From NCBI RefSeq assembly GCF_033153115.1, contig NW_026889758.1, positions 17,422,001 through 17,486,000 of the forward strand: DNA of 64,000 bases, given 5' to 3'. A model generated the notes under the pieces. The model was not told the origin of the DNA, did not search any database, and saw nothing but the letters and a program-made list of their open reading frames with translations. The position numbers and the translations under genes were made by a program. Source of the stretch: Saccostrea echinata (Eukaryota). Positions 37,266 through 50,700 of this stretch are shown one piece after another (position 1 is the first letter of the stretch; every line of letters begins with the position of its first letter).

Positions 37266-37822
37266 TTTTAGTATTTACATTTAATTTGAGCCTGAAAGAA
37301 AATATATTTTTTAGTCCATCGAAGCTGAAAATTGGCTGGTTGCTAGGGAAATTTCTTTACCCATGTTTCCATGGTAAAAAAATATAGTAAACTATAGTTA
37401 ACTATAGTATTTTTTGTTAGGGTTACTTCAAGTATGAGTTTGATGACGAGTTCCGAGCAATGCCCTTACAAGGGGCAGAAAAAGAAAAAATAAGAATAAT
37501 TGTATGCTGTTGCATTAGTATTAATTGAAACCTCCATACACCTACAAAATTCCTATTTCTTAGGCAAAATATAAAGATCTTAAAACATTGTCAAAGAGGT
37601 TTAATTCCACCAGAAAAGAAGGTCGTAAGTGGTACAAATCATATCATCGACATTTTCAGGCATTGTTTTGTACTGTAAGTACTACAACGTACTTCATGTA
37701 CACGTGTAATAAGTTAAATCCTGTATTAAAGTACGAATAGATGTCAATTTATCATTTGAAGTATTCATTATAAAATAATAGCTTGAAATAACATTATATA
37801 ACCTCGGTCGACATTACTAATA

Positions 37823-39807
37823 TCAATTTCCATGACTAAAAGGCCATTTCTGCAAATCGTGATACAGACATTCCCCAGGACTCGCAGTATTACTAAAATC
37901 TCTGTGACCCTTCAGAATGAAATTAGTCGGTATTTTGCCTTCTTTCACACCTGTTCGAATCAGATCTTTAGCAGCTTCAAGTGCTCTCTGGTTTGGAAGA
38001 CGTCTGTCAAAGTTTCCAATAAAGCATATTCCTGATAAAAGAAGGTAGACATGGTAAAATATTATTTCAGTCACTGAATGGGATATGTACCAAGTTTACA
38101 TCATTTTTTTCCTTGAAAAATGTATTTTAAATCCTTCATAACTGTCGTCCTAATTAATATAAATATTAAAAGCAATAGTTAATAAATGGAATGGGGAGAA
38201 CTGTGCATAATTCTGATATACAAAAATAAGAATTTAAGTGTTTAGACATATATTAACAACACACCTATGCTGTATTTGTTGAGTCCTTTCGTGTGAGCCC
38301 CTTCCTTGCCCCATCCACGACCCTCGTATACATTCCCATCCTCTCCAATCAAAAAATTGTATCCAATATCAGACCATCCTTAAAATAAGAATATGCCCAT
38401 TCACTATATTCAAGATGAGTTAAGGCCGGTACACACGTTAAGATATTTGTATTATACTACGAAAGTATTATAAAATATAAATCTTACTGTGTATACCGGC
38501 CTTTAGATATTACAATGAAGCGCCTTGAAGTGGTAAAATTTTCTGTTTGAATGGAATGTTTTGAGCTTTCTTTTGAACGTTGGTTGTAACACAGTGACAC
38601 GCCTATTTCTTCAGAAAGGAAAAAAAGAGGGTATGTAGGATAGGTATTCACTAAATACAATAGCCAATCAGATTGGCAGGCTACATAAACACCGAGTGAA
38701 CACGTGTTCGACCGATATATACTAGTAGGTTGTGATAACTTCAATAAACAGAATAAATTCATAATTATGTACATATTCTTTGCAATATGTTAATTTTGCA
38801 GACACGGGTGGTCTCTAACTGTCTCTTCTAACTTCATAAAATATCCATTTCAGCAAAACTCATGTTGCTAGCCGCAGAGAGTGAGGTGCCTCATAAAGCA
38901 CTGAGACGAATATTTCTGTCTGGTTTCTACAGAAATGGGCGTGTCATAATGTAACAATAGACGTTCGATAAGAAAGATCCAAACGTACCATTAAACGATA
39001 AATTTTACCGCTTCGATGCGCTTCATTGCATTTCCTCTGAGAATTATTTTTGAGTATACTGATTTGAATTCAGTGAAGGAACGGATCTGTCTACACACCT
39101 CTGTTATAAATATGATAGGTCTGATATGAACGCACTTCCTCTGCACATTGGTGTTCTGTGAATGCGTTGATACCAGAACCGCTGTGTGATATAATGACGT
39201 ACTTAGGTAGGTTTTGTAAATCATCTACCTTTCCCCCTGGTTGTGTTGCTCCCCATTCATTACGGCCTATAATTTTGCTTGTTAATGGCTCTGGAAATTT
39301 GGATAGTATAAAATAAAATATATTATTCACAAGATATCAAATTGAAAAAACTTGAGATCCTTTTCCTTTTATCATTTAAAATAGTGCAATAACCTGAACT
39401 GTTGACTTTTTTCAAAGGTTCTCTGGAATTAAAAAAATATATACATTTTTTAAATTAGAAAATACTCAGCATGCTTCTCTTATTAAAATAAATCAAATTA
39501 TTTTTGTATCGTCAGCATAGAATAAAGTCCCCTCAATAAATTACCTCAATTCTTTAATGGTTTTCTGAGCTTCTTCGATGTATTCAATCGCTCTTTGATC
39601 ACAGTCAACGAAATATTTTAGAAGTACATCATATTTACCAGGTGACAAATACCCCTTAGCCTCAAGAATGTTAAAATCTTCGACCACATTGCCTTTTGGA
39701 TACGGAGCTTCTGTGATTTGTCCAATAAATAACCTCCATGAGTTAAGTTTAATAAAATCTAAAAGTTTCGATAGTAATTTTCTATGCACCTCTTTTACGG
39801 ACTCCAT
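37823..39807 (-). CDS. PGRP copy A: N-terminal death-effector-domain-like module plus a non-catalytic PGRP (amidase_2 fold) domain
   Basis: Exons 39807-39545, 39422-39394 (29-nt microexon), 39290-39099, 38378-38265, 38031-37823 are GT-AG and in frame, with an in-frame TAA upstream of the ATG. PGRP motifs: [66 protein letters not shown]. The N-terminal 88 aa are helical with [22 protein letters not shown]. The PGRP call is strong; the DED call is less certain. Confidence 0.88.
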
Positions 39808-40978
39808 TGTGGTAATTTAAATGTCATGATTGCATATGTTCAATTTCTTTTAGGGATTTTTCTGCAAAATAAAAGCAGATAAATACTTATCAAACAAAAC
39901 GAGAGGAATACAAATTAATTTGATGGTTTATTTCATTGATTTTTTATTCTGTCAGTTATATTTTGTGAAACAACATTTCAGATTGTGTTTTTCGAATGTA
40001 ATTTCATGTTTTCTCCTTTGGTACCATTTAGAGGAATTTATACGTAGTTGAGAGAAAAACTATTCACATATGAATAATTTTTATCTTCATCAAATAACTC
40101 ATTTCAATTTTACTCAGTTTAGTTTTTATTTTTGCCATATTAGATTTTAAGATTTTTCTATAAATGATGGCATATGAGACGTTGCAAAGACGCACTAAAT
40201 AAAGTTACAGGCTTTCTGTTGTCTTAAAATAAACTTCATATGTATATATACATGTACATAACCATAAATAGATCTAGATCCATAATAATTTTCATGAAGG
40301 AGGAACACAGAACTGCCTACACTTTTTATTGCAGAGATGTCATCTAAATCCTCATTTTGGTGGAGTTTCAGAGATACATGGTGTAATTCTTGTATTTTTC
40401 AAATTATGTTGTTTCACTGTGATTCTATTTAATGTATATCAGACTCTTCCTTGTATATCATATCATAAAGGACGTAATTTACATTATTTTCAAATCATTA
40501 ACTGACACAATTTCTAGTTTCTGTAATCCACATCCTTACATACGTGTACCAACTTATAATGACTCTTAATGATGTGCATGTATCTGATCAGTAGCTTGCA
40601 TATCACAATTAATTAAATCTTTCTGCATTAATAAAAAAAATATGACATCCTTCAAATAACTAAATTTTTAAGCATGAAATTTCAAAAGCGTAAAATTGAT
40701 TTTCATAGCGTAATGTAGTAATAAAAGTGGAAGAAATGCTCCAAAAATGAAAGGGTAGATAGGTCAGGGAACAGGGCATGTACCTCGCCAAATATTTCAG
40801 AATATGAATTGAGTTTGAAATTTTTTAAGCATTTATTAATTTCGCGCTGCATATGACTTGAACAAATTAAGCAGTTTTCAAGACAGCTTCAACGACAGAG
40901 CTCATTTGGGAAAACATTCTGTCAATCAATATTTAAAAATCTACGTCTAAACTGCATGAAGTCCTTCATTTTAATAAT

Positions 40979-41380
40979 TAGTACAAATCTCTTTTCTATT
41001 AAACTTTCAGTAAGGCGTGGCATTCTCGGCGATACATAATTAGTGTCTCTCAAATGGGGACCTAGATTCTCATTGGTTAAGAAATTAATAACATTAGCAA
41101 CTTCAGATTGTTGTTAATTAACAAACGATGAGACGGCATAAGCCACACCTCTTTCCTGTAAGAAACGATGTAATTGGTTTCTTGCGTCACTCGTTGACTC
41201 TGACTCGTTTTTATCCCATGTGTATTTCACCCGTGAATGAAAAGCTGTGCAAATTTCAGTATTGATGAGCTAATCCGGCAACCAATGAGAATCTAGGTCA
41301 CTATTTGAGAGACGCTAATTATGTATCGCCGAGAATGTCACGTCTTACAGAAAGTTTAAGCAGAAAAGAGATTTGTACTA
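40979..41380. mobile_element. MITE with long (~110-bp) terminal inverted repeats
   Basis: tagtacaaatctcttttct...cattctcggcgatacataattag is inverted at ctaattatgtatcgccgagaatg...agaaaagagatttgtacta. Confidence 0.8.
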
Positions 41381-41542
41381 AGATATGTCACTCGTAATTT
41401 TTTGAGAAAAGTTGGATCAAAATCTCTAATTTCAAAACTATTGTTTACAGTTCACTTTTTAAAACATATTTAAATCAAACATTGCAAATTATAAAATATT
41501 CAATTCAAACACTGCTCGTACACTGCTCATAAAATCGTTTAA

Positions 41543-42445
41543 GGAGGTTGGATCCTGGAATCAAAAGTAATGAGAATTTTTTATCAAGTATATTTTTAGA
41601 ATTTATACACATAGCTTAGTTAAAAATCAAAACAAAAAATGGGGGTAAATGCGCTTCTTTTGGTGCTACAGAGCATTTAGTTTGACCTTTTTGCACTGTA
41701 AATATGTCTTTCACATAAATCAATTTTTAAAAGTTTTCCTCCAATATTTTTTTTATTCAAATAGATTATGGGAACAAACACAATCTTATTTCATCTTGAA
41801 TAGACACATTAAAATTTGTTCAATTATTTGACCTTTTTGCACTCAAAAAATTTCAATTTTCGCCATTAAAAATTTAACAAGCAAAAATATCATTTGAAAG
41901 TAATGACATTTTACTGAATTTAAGAAGAATGTTTAAAAGTATCTTATATATTCAGAAAATAAAATAAAAAGTGGGGGTCTGTGATGTTAATTTTTAGGTA
42001 TAACTAAAATAGTGCTAATTTTAAGCTTAAAATAGGGATATTTTTTTTCTTGAATTTCACAATATATTTGCTATAATTATCAAATATGATGATAGAATTC
42101 ATGACAGTTTATTTAATATATAGTTTAAGACCAGTATAAAACAGTTCACTGCACAAAATAACTCTGTGTGCAGACTGCATGTAAAAATAGGAACCCAAAC
42201 TTCACATCCTTTAAATACTTCGAAAGAGAAAAAAATGATCATTTTCTTTTAAAAAACCTTCCGCCACAAAATATAGTTCCTCACTTAATGCTTTTGGTAT
42301 GGAATTTAATCCTGGAGCTTTAACTGAATATAGTTTAATTGGCATTGTAGAATCCAAAATTATTGTAAGAATTAAAACTTTAAGCAAAGTTTTTGAAATC
42401 TAGGTTAAGATATAAATCTGCTCAAAAGCTCAGGAGCGAACCTCG
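41543..42445. mobile_element. TTAA-flanked non-autonomous DNA transposon (Kolobok/piggyBac-like)
   Basis: ttaa|ggaggttggatcctg ... caggagcgaacctcg|ttaa: imperfect TIRs with TTAA on both sides. Confidence 0.55.
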
Positions 42446-43133
42446 TTAAAAAGGTTTATGGGGGACTATTTCTTGTGTTGGAAGGATTTTTAGAAGTAAA
42501 TTCTGCAATTCTACGCATTTGCTTAATTTAATATACTGGAACTTAAACCCAACATTGTAAACTCAGAGAATTCTTTCATCATTATATGCTAGAAATTTTA
42601 AATAAAGGTTTCATTTGATATAATTAGAGCAAATTTTACACATTTAAACATTCGTTCAACAGATTATGCTAAGGAATAAAGATATATGCTGAAGAAGTCA
42701 AGATAATTGACACTGTAATTTGCCTGAAAATTGCATATTTTGACCAATATTTCAAAATTTACATTACTGACGCAAAGTTTTTCTTACATTATTTTAAACT
42801 ACAAGATACTTTCAACCGATCAGCATTAAAATCATTAAAGGCTTGATAATGATTCAAGAAAATATTTTATTTCCTGTTTACAGTTTATACTTTTAATAGC
42901 CAAACATGCTATATTTTTAGTGTAAAAGAATATTAATTAAAGCGCATAAATTTGCAGATTTTTTTCAATGATAAATATTATTCAAACTTTTTTTTATATA
43001 TAAAATAAGATTATAATTATTTTCATGAATACATCTGTCGAAATATGATAAAGGTTAAAGTGATTAACCTGAAAATTACAATTTAATTTACGATTTTGAG
43101 TAATGCTGTATGAGTATAGTTAATTAAGAAATA

Positions 43134-43275
43134 GATAACAAGGTTAAAAAGTTCTCTGGGAAATGAATTTGGTTGGCCACGTGATCAAATCCTGTGAATC
43201 CTGTGAAGATTGAAGTAGATTTGATCACGTACCAACCAAGTTCATTTCCCAGAGAGTTTTTTAACCTTGTTATTT
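43134..43275. repeat. About 140-bp hairpin/inverted repeat (probable transposon end)
   Basis: ataacaaggttaaaaagttctctgggaaatgaa...gtgatcaaatc / gatttgatcac...ttcatttcccagagagttttttaaccttgttat. Confidence 0.8.
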
Positions 43276-46029
43276 ATTACTTATATTTACATTTGAGACG
43301 AATATTCGAATAGAAATATTACAAAAACGGCCTGCCGTATGTTGTGAGAAAAGATGTTGAATAATTCGAAATTCAAAGAAAAATCATGGATCTCATTCAG
43401 AATTTTAATTTTTGAAAATAGCACTAGATTTTAAATATATGAATAAAAATTAGCTTAAGAAAAGAAAATGATTAAAGAACATGCAGATTTGTTTAAACGA
43501 ATCTGCATTTTAATAATCGTTATATTTTCCCGCCATATATCTAAAACCGGCGATTCCTTGCCGGTCGTTTCCAACCGGCATACGCCGGCAAACGTTCCCC
43601 GTTCAAATGAAGTACAAAGCCAGGTTACCAAAGGTCAAGAGGCACAATGACAAATGAAGTCCTACCCTAGAACTGGAAGTTAAGTTAGCCTACCTCCAAC
43701 ATTTGAATGTTAACGTTGATGATTAGCAATTAAGCTTTAAAATATTCATTGAAAGGCTGTTTGTCCCCTCTTTTTTGTTGAAGAATAGTTAAATCATGAT
43801 AATTTGGTAATGTATTAATAAAATGTGGTTGTGAAAGGAATTTGTAACCCTTCCCCACGAAATAGCATTTTCGTGTTTGGACAATTTTCCCTTCTTTAAT
43901 TAAATTTATTTATTTTATTTTTGCTTTTCAGTTTGTTTTTTTTTTCAGGCGAGTTGTAATTTTTTTTTCTGGCTACCCCCCCCCTTCCCCTATCGTGCCT
44001 GTCTTTCAATACTGTCAGTACTTTGATTTTTTAAAGTATGTCTTCACAACAAGGTGTAAATATTTCTTAGTAGTGTTTTAACATCAAATTTTGACCAGGA
44101 AGACATGACCAACCCTAAATGATGCAAAGAAACACAAAACTGTCTTCCCTTTATGTTAGTATAATTATTGGTATAATGTAATCTCTACCAAAGGATTAAC
44201 TGTTAAAATATTACATTAAACATTCCAGTATTAGTTTCACAGTGAGATTAATTTTAAATCTGTTGACAGAATATCTTAAATGGATTTGAAGGATATCATT
44301 ATCAAACTTACCAGAAAGAGCCACTGGAACATCATTTTGTGAACTTGTACGACAGAATTTTATTGACGTGTGTCTAATTATAAAACTATGATGGCAAAAC
44401 GATTTTTCTTATGAATGACAATTTTACGTTATCAGCAACGGTTGAACAGCATTTTTTGCATATTAGATTAGAAAGAATGCATTAAATATATTACTATTTT
44501 ATCAGGATTTTACTTTTGATTGAAGTCATAACCCATCACTTAACTTTCATTTTCACAAAATATTGTGAACATCGAAGTCTTTGTTGTGCAAAGTCCTTCA
44601 TTGATTGAAGAAATAGAGGATTTTTCTAATTTCTCCTTCAGTTTTATATATTAGTTCTTTAAAAACTCCCACTTCACCTAAACGTCAACTGTAAGTGCCT
44701 CTTGTATTATCCTCGCAGCACTAACATGGTAATGTTCTCTTCTACATTCCAGAGGTGGGATGTTGTCAGAACAGAAAGAAATGGTCATATTCACCTACAG
44801 GTATTTTAACTAAGTATTATTTTTTTTTTTTGTAAATTTTAAATTTTGGTATCCTTTCTTTTCTATTTGTACGAACTTTTGTTTTTGTATAAGAGATCCG
44901 ACCTCGACTTGCGTAAATATCTCAACGGCCCAGAATGTGTAAAGTAAAGTATCTTAGAAAAGACTACAATTTTTTTTTAATTTCATGACATAAAATAACT
45001 ACATGTATCGAAAAATGTATGCAAAATTGATTAACTGATTAAAGCTACAAGTCCATGTATGATTCAGCACTGTCTATCTAAGATATTACGGTAAATGCAT
45101 ATACAGTTGTATATGTCTTTAAAAGTCATCTGACCTATATATACTGTACATAGACATTTAAATGTGAAATAAGCACACAATCATTCTCAAAAGTGCTTTG
45201 GTATTTAAGTGTTTATTGTGAAATATTTTGAATGTCTTGAAAAAGTTGAGATATTCGTTAATAGTTCTGACGGATAACGTTCCTCTCATAAGGTAAGTTT
45301 TAATGAGAGATAAGTTCCGTAATTGAAGTAAGTTTTAATTAGAGATACGCAGTGTTCATGGAAACGTTCACCATGCTTATCATTTATATAACATGTCTGC
45401 ATCATGGTAATAATAAATATATCTATTCTTAAATTATTGTTTTTCTAAGCTGTGCAGCAGAAAGTATGAAAGAGACGAAAAGACATTTTTACATGAAAGA
45501 TTAGTAGTGAAAAAAGCTGAAACTATGCAAGGTTTTACAATTTAACTCAACTGGAAAAGAAAAACCTTAGGACATTTTTCAAGACGTTTGGTTAAAACGA
45601 TCTACAAAAGTAATCAGGATCGTTGCATTTTAACATTGCATGCATATGAATATCGCAAACAACATTTGATCGAGTCGGATCAATGAAAATTGAGGCACGT
45701 TTTGCCATGTCCCTATTCCCTTTAAACTCTGGATCGATATTCTTTAAACTGGAAATGTAAATGGCTGAGAGCTTATTATAGTCTTATCTAAAATACGTAA
45801 TCATTCCATAAGTAAATATCTCATTCTTTCATCGTGAAGTGAAGCCTGCATTTTCAATGTGTAATATATATATTTCGTATATTTTTGAAAATCTTTGAGT
45901 TCAACATTTTCAATCTTAAATCCCTTTCAATCCAAATTTAGACACACAATTTTAAGAATTTCGAGAATCTCCAGGCATTGTTAAACCGTGCAGAGCGATT
46001 GCAAAATAATGTACGAAAAAAATTGACAT

Positions 46030-46160
46030 NNNNNNNNNNNNNNNNNNNNNNNNNNNNNNNNNNNNNNNNNNNNNNNNNNNNNNNNNNNNNNNNNNNNNNN
46101 NNNNNNNNNNNNNNNNNNNNNNNNNNNNNNNNNNNNNNNNNNNNNNNNNNNNNNNNNNNN
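46030..46160. other. Assembly gap (N run)
   Basis: Run of n characters. Confidence 1.
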
Positions 46161-46240
46161 TAGTAAACAAAGTTTTTAATTTCTGTAAATTCATTTCAAT
46201 CTTTTCTCCTTCCAAGTGTATATGTTAAAGCAGAGTCACG

Positions 46241-47737
46241 ATGGGAAAGTTAAGGAGTTTCCAGATAGACCTGGATAATCTTCAGGGATTGTATTGGGCG
46301 GGGCAGACGGTCAGCGGAAGGGCGACAGTGGACCTCGAGTCCGAGATGAAGATGAGAGGTAAAAAATCTCAAAGCCTATATATCTTTCTCTATCCAGAGT
46401 TGTCTTCCGCTTCGCTCCCAAGGAGCGGTCCCCCGAACGACAACTCTGGATAGAGATTGATTATCAAATCTGTGTCCGAACTTCTCTTCGTACGATTTTC
46501 GTCAGTATCTTAAAGTCAGTGCACAAGCTCCAAAACTGTAGCTCTCTGCTTGAGAAAATTCGGATAGATAACGCAGAGAGCTACAGATCCAAGCGTTATC
46601 AAAACCTTCGATTTACGCCGCCGCTTTTTTGTCGCTCGCTTCGGGTATTATTTCTTAAATTTATGCTTTCCCCTGCTTTAATAATGGCATCCAATAAATA
46701 ACTATTTATTTTACTCCTATTCTTGATACTTTATTTACCTTTCAACAGTCCAAAACAGCCCTTAATAATGGTTGTGGAATGTCGGATTAAAAAATTCCCA
46801 TTCCGACGTCCATGTTGGGGGGTTGTGTTAAAAAAGGTCTTTCAAAGAACATACACTTAGCCCAGAAAATGTAAATAAAAAATATTAAAAAATGCAGGAG
46901 GTTCAAATTTCATGAATATTGTCTATAAAGAAGACAACATGTATGTAAAAAAAAAAAAGAAAACAAGATGTGTTTGTGAAACACTGATGCCCCCGTATGG
47001 CAGCTTATGGCGAAGGTTAAAGTTTCTCAAATGCAAGTCAAAATCCAGGCCAAAAGATAAAAAATGTTGATACCCAAAGAAAGGTCTTGTCTCCAGGAAT
47101 ACACCTGTGAAATTTGAAAGACCTAGATACAACTGTTCAAAAGTTATGGCCAAGGTTAAAGTTTTTTAAATAAAAGTCAAACGTCAAGGTCAAAGTGGTT
47201 GGTATCCAAAGGAAGATCTTGTCACAAGGATTACATATGTGAAGTATGAAAGCCCTAGCATCAACCATTCAAAAGTTATGGCACAGGTTAAAGTTTTTCA
47301 AAAGTAGGTCAAACTCCTAGGTCAAGGTCAAAGGGTCAAAGTGGTTGGTATCCAAAGGAAGGTCTTGTCACATGGATTACTTATGTGAAGTATGAAAGCC
47401 CTAGCATCAACCATTCAAAAGTTGTGGCCAAGGTTAAAGTTTTTCAAAAGTAGGTCAAACTCCTAGGTCAAGGTCAAAGGGTCAAAGTGGTTGGTATCCA
47501 AAGGAAGGTCTTGTCACAAGGATTACATATACGAAGTATGAAAGCCCTAGCATCAATCATTCAAAAATTATGGCCAAGGTTAAAGTTTTTCAAAAGTAAG
47601 TCAAACTCCTAGGTCAAGGTCAAAGAGTCAAAGTGATTGATATCCAAAGGAAGGTCTTGTCACAAGGAATACACATGTGAAGTTTGAAAACCTAAGCACC
47701 AACTGTTCAAAAGTTATGGCTAAGGTTTAAGTTTTTC

Positions 47738-47768
<31 letters not shown>

Positions 47769-50700
47769 AAAGGTCAAAGTTGTTGGTATCCAAAGGAAGG
47801 CCTAGTCACAAAGAATACACATGTGAAGTTTGAAACCCCAAGCACCAACTGTTCAGAAGTTATGGCCAAGGTTAAAGTCTCATAAAATTTTGCAAAAGTG
47901 GGTCAAACTCCAAGGTCAAGGTCAAAAGGTCAAATATGATGGTACCCAAAGAAAGGTCTTGTCACAAGGAATACACATGTGAAATATGAAAGTCATAGCT
48001 CCAACCAATCAAAAGTTATGGGCAAGGTTAAAGTTGACAACAGACAGACAGACAAACAGACAAACGGACAAACAAACAGACAAACAGACGGACAGGACAA
48101 AAACAATATACCCCCGGGATCTTTCGATGCGGGGGCATAAAAAGAAATGAGATATATATACATGTATAACTTGGGCGTGTTATTTCAGGACATTAACATG
48201 GATGTCGGAATGCATTTTTTAACTGATACTCCAAAACCACATACGACCGTTTGGAATCGTTGAAAGGTAATAAAATAAATAAATAAACAAAGTATCAGGA
48301 ATAGGAGTAAAATTTTCAATTAATTATCAGTAGGGATTTTATCGGTATACCGGTATATCGAGATTTTTTTATTGTGTGATACGTATCGTGATACGGAGAC
48401 TAAAATATCGGTATTTGGTACATAATTATAAATTCCAGAAATTATTCATTTATTTGTTCAAACTATTAAATAACAATTACAGGAAGTGTAAAGAATGTTG
48501 AAAAAAGTTAAACAACGGCATCCAAACATGCTTTATATTATAAAAATAAAACTTTAAAAAGTGAAGCAATGTTTTTATAGCATCTTTGTTAGAAATAAGG
48601 AAATTCATTGGAATTTGTTGTAAAAATATTTGTGTGTAAAAATATCACAATATTATCGTGATATTCTGAGGAAAAAATCGTGATATATCACGATACGAAA
48701 TTTTAGGCGATATCCATCCCTGATTATCAGATACCATTCTTAAAGCGGGGGAAAGCATAAAATACAAGAAATAAAAACCTAAAACAAAAAGCGGCGGTGT
48801 AAATCGAAGGTTTTGACAACGCTTGGGTCTGTAGCTCTCTAGAGAGCTTCAGTTCTGCAGCTATGCTCTAGCATGTGGAAAATGAAATTATTATTAACAA
48901 AGAGTTTTCCCAAAGAATTATTATGTTCTTTTCCTCGTTTCAATTCAGCGTACATAAATCTTTTTTTTTTCTCCTTGTTTGATTAAAAATATTTTAAACT
49001 TATAAAAAATATAAAAAAATAAATAAATAAAAAGGCGCAGGATCTTAGACTAAGATTTTCTTGATGTGAGTGTTATTTTCATTTTTACTGTTTATGTTTA
49101 GTCTGCACAAACTTTTTGAGGGTGTTATATAACCGACAATCAAGTTGTACATATACGGACGTGTAGCAACAAGCGTTACTTTTCAGAAAGAATGGGGACG
49201 TACAAGGCGAGAACAACCCTCCGCTCTGAGACTTTATATTTCTCAATTTCAAAAGTTCATGGAAAAGTTTTATTTTTCAAAAGTTATGTTGTCAGTAATG
49301 TCATCTTTAACACATTTTATTCATTTATTTAACTGAATAATTCATTGTTTTTAATTAGTTTTTTAAGTTGACTGTTAAAGCATACATGTTGTATTTAGTG
49401 GAAAATGGGTCTATTAGAGCCATTCAACATGATTTTGAATATGAAATATGAATTTGAATATGAATATGAAAAAGTCTCCATTCTACATAAACGTTTAAGG
49501 TCAAGATCTAGTAAATGAGTTTAGTCTGTCTTTTGGTGCTAGACCCATTATGACGTCATAATTGATTTAATTTTATTTTTTCCCGTATTTTATGGCTATA
49601 ACAGAATTAAGTAGAAAATGACACATTTTCATGGAATTCAATTTGAAATCATTTCAAAAGGAACCCCGATACCTATATTCAATTTAATATCATTTTAAAG
49701 AAGACGTCAAGAAGATATGAAAAACCGTTTACTGAGAGACTGTAGGCAATATTGATACATTTTGTTTGTCTGAGATGGAGAAAACTCCCATTTTTATTCC
49801 TGATTTTCTTCATTTTTCATTGAAAAGGGCAAGTTAAAAGGTGTTTTTTCGTTCCGTTTATCTAAATATTATGCCCCGATACACCTCAATTTATTTAGCT
49901 ACAGTTGTAATATATTATTAAAGGAATTTGTTTCTCAAATTTGAGAAATCTGTAGGCACTCTTCATTTACTAGATCTTGACCTTAAATGACGGGAAAATG
50001 AATGTGAAATCTATTTTACATTGTTTTATGTTTTTAAAAAAAAATGGAGTCAGAACTTATTCTATATGAAAAATGAAAATTTAAAAAAAAATATACGCTT
50101 CAACAAACTAGTTTATTTAATTCACACTGACACACTCGAGATACAAGAAGACTGCATAGCGATTAAACACTATGCACCATTGCTAGCATGAGGATTTTTT
50201 TTTTCTTTGAACACACACTGTTCCTTAAAAACAAAAATTCAATGAAGTAAGGGATTCAAATGTGTAAAAGATGATACCGACACACAATTTTTGAAAAAAT
50301 AAATGTATTAATTTTCTGAACTTTTAGAATTGAGAAATATCTTTCTCAGAGCGGGGGATTGTCCTCGCCTAGTACGCCTTCATTCTTTAAACCTGAAGAT
50401 ATCTCCTATTTTTTATTTTTCGGGGGCATTCCACTCAATGTGTGACCGTTGACCCAATGTGTTTACTGACAGCAAAGTAAGTTTCTGTCTGCTTTATGTT
50501 GAATCCCATTGATAATTGCATGCACGTGGTGCAGATTTTTATAGCGTACGTAATTGATAAACTTTGTAAATTATTATATACTAATATATAGACAATAAAC
50601 TGAGACACACGACCAGTCATATTCTGGACACTAGCCTCAAAAACGTTCCTACTATTGGACCTGATTTACAATGGGTATATGAAAATAATACAAAACAAAT

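Noticed and set aside
45952-46215. ORFs spanning the N run
   Set aside because: Artefacts of the assembly gap.
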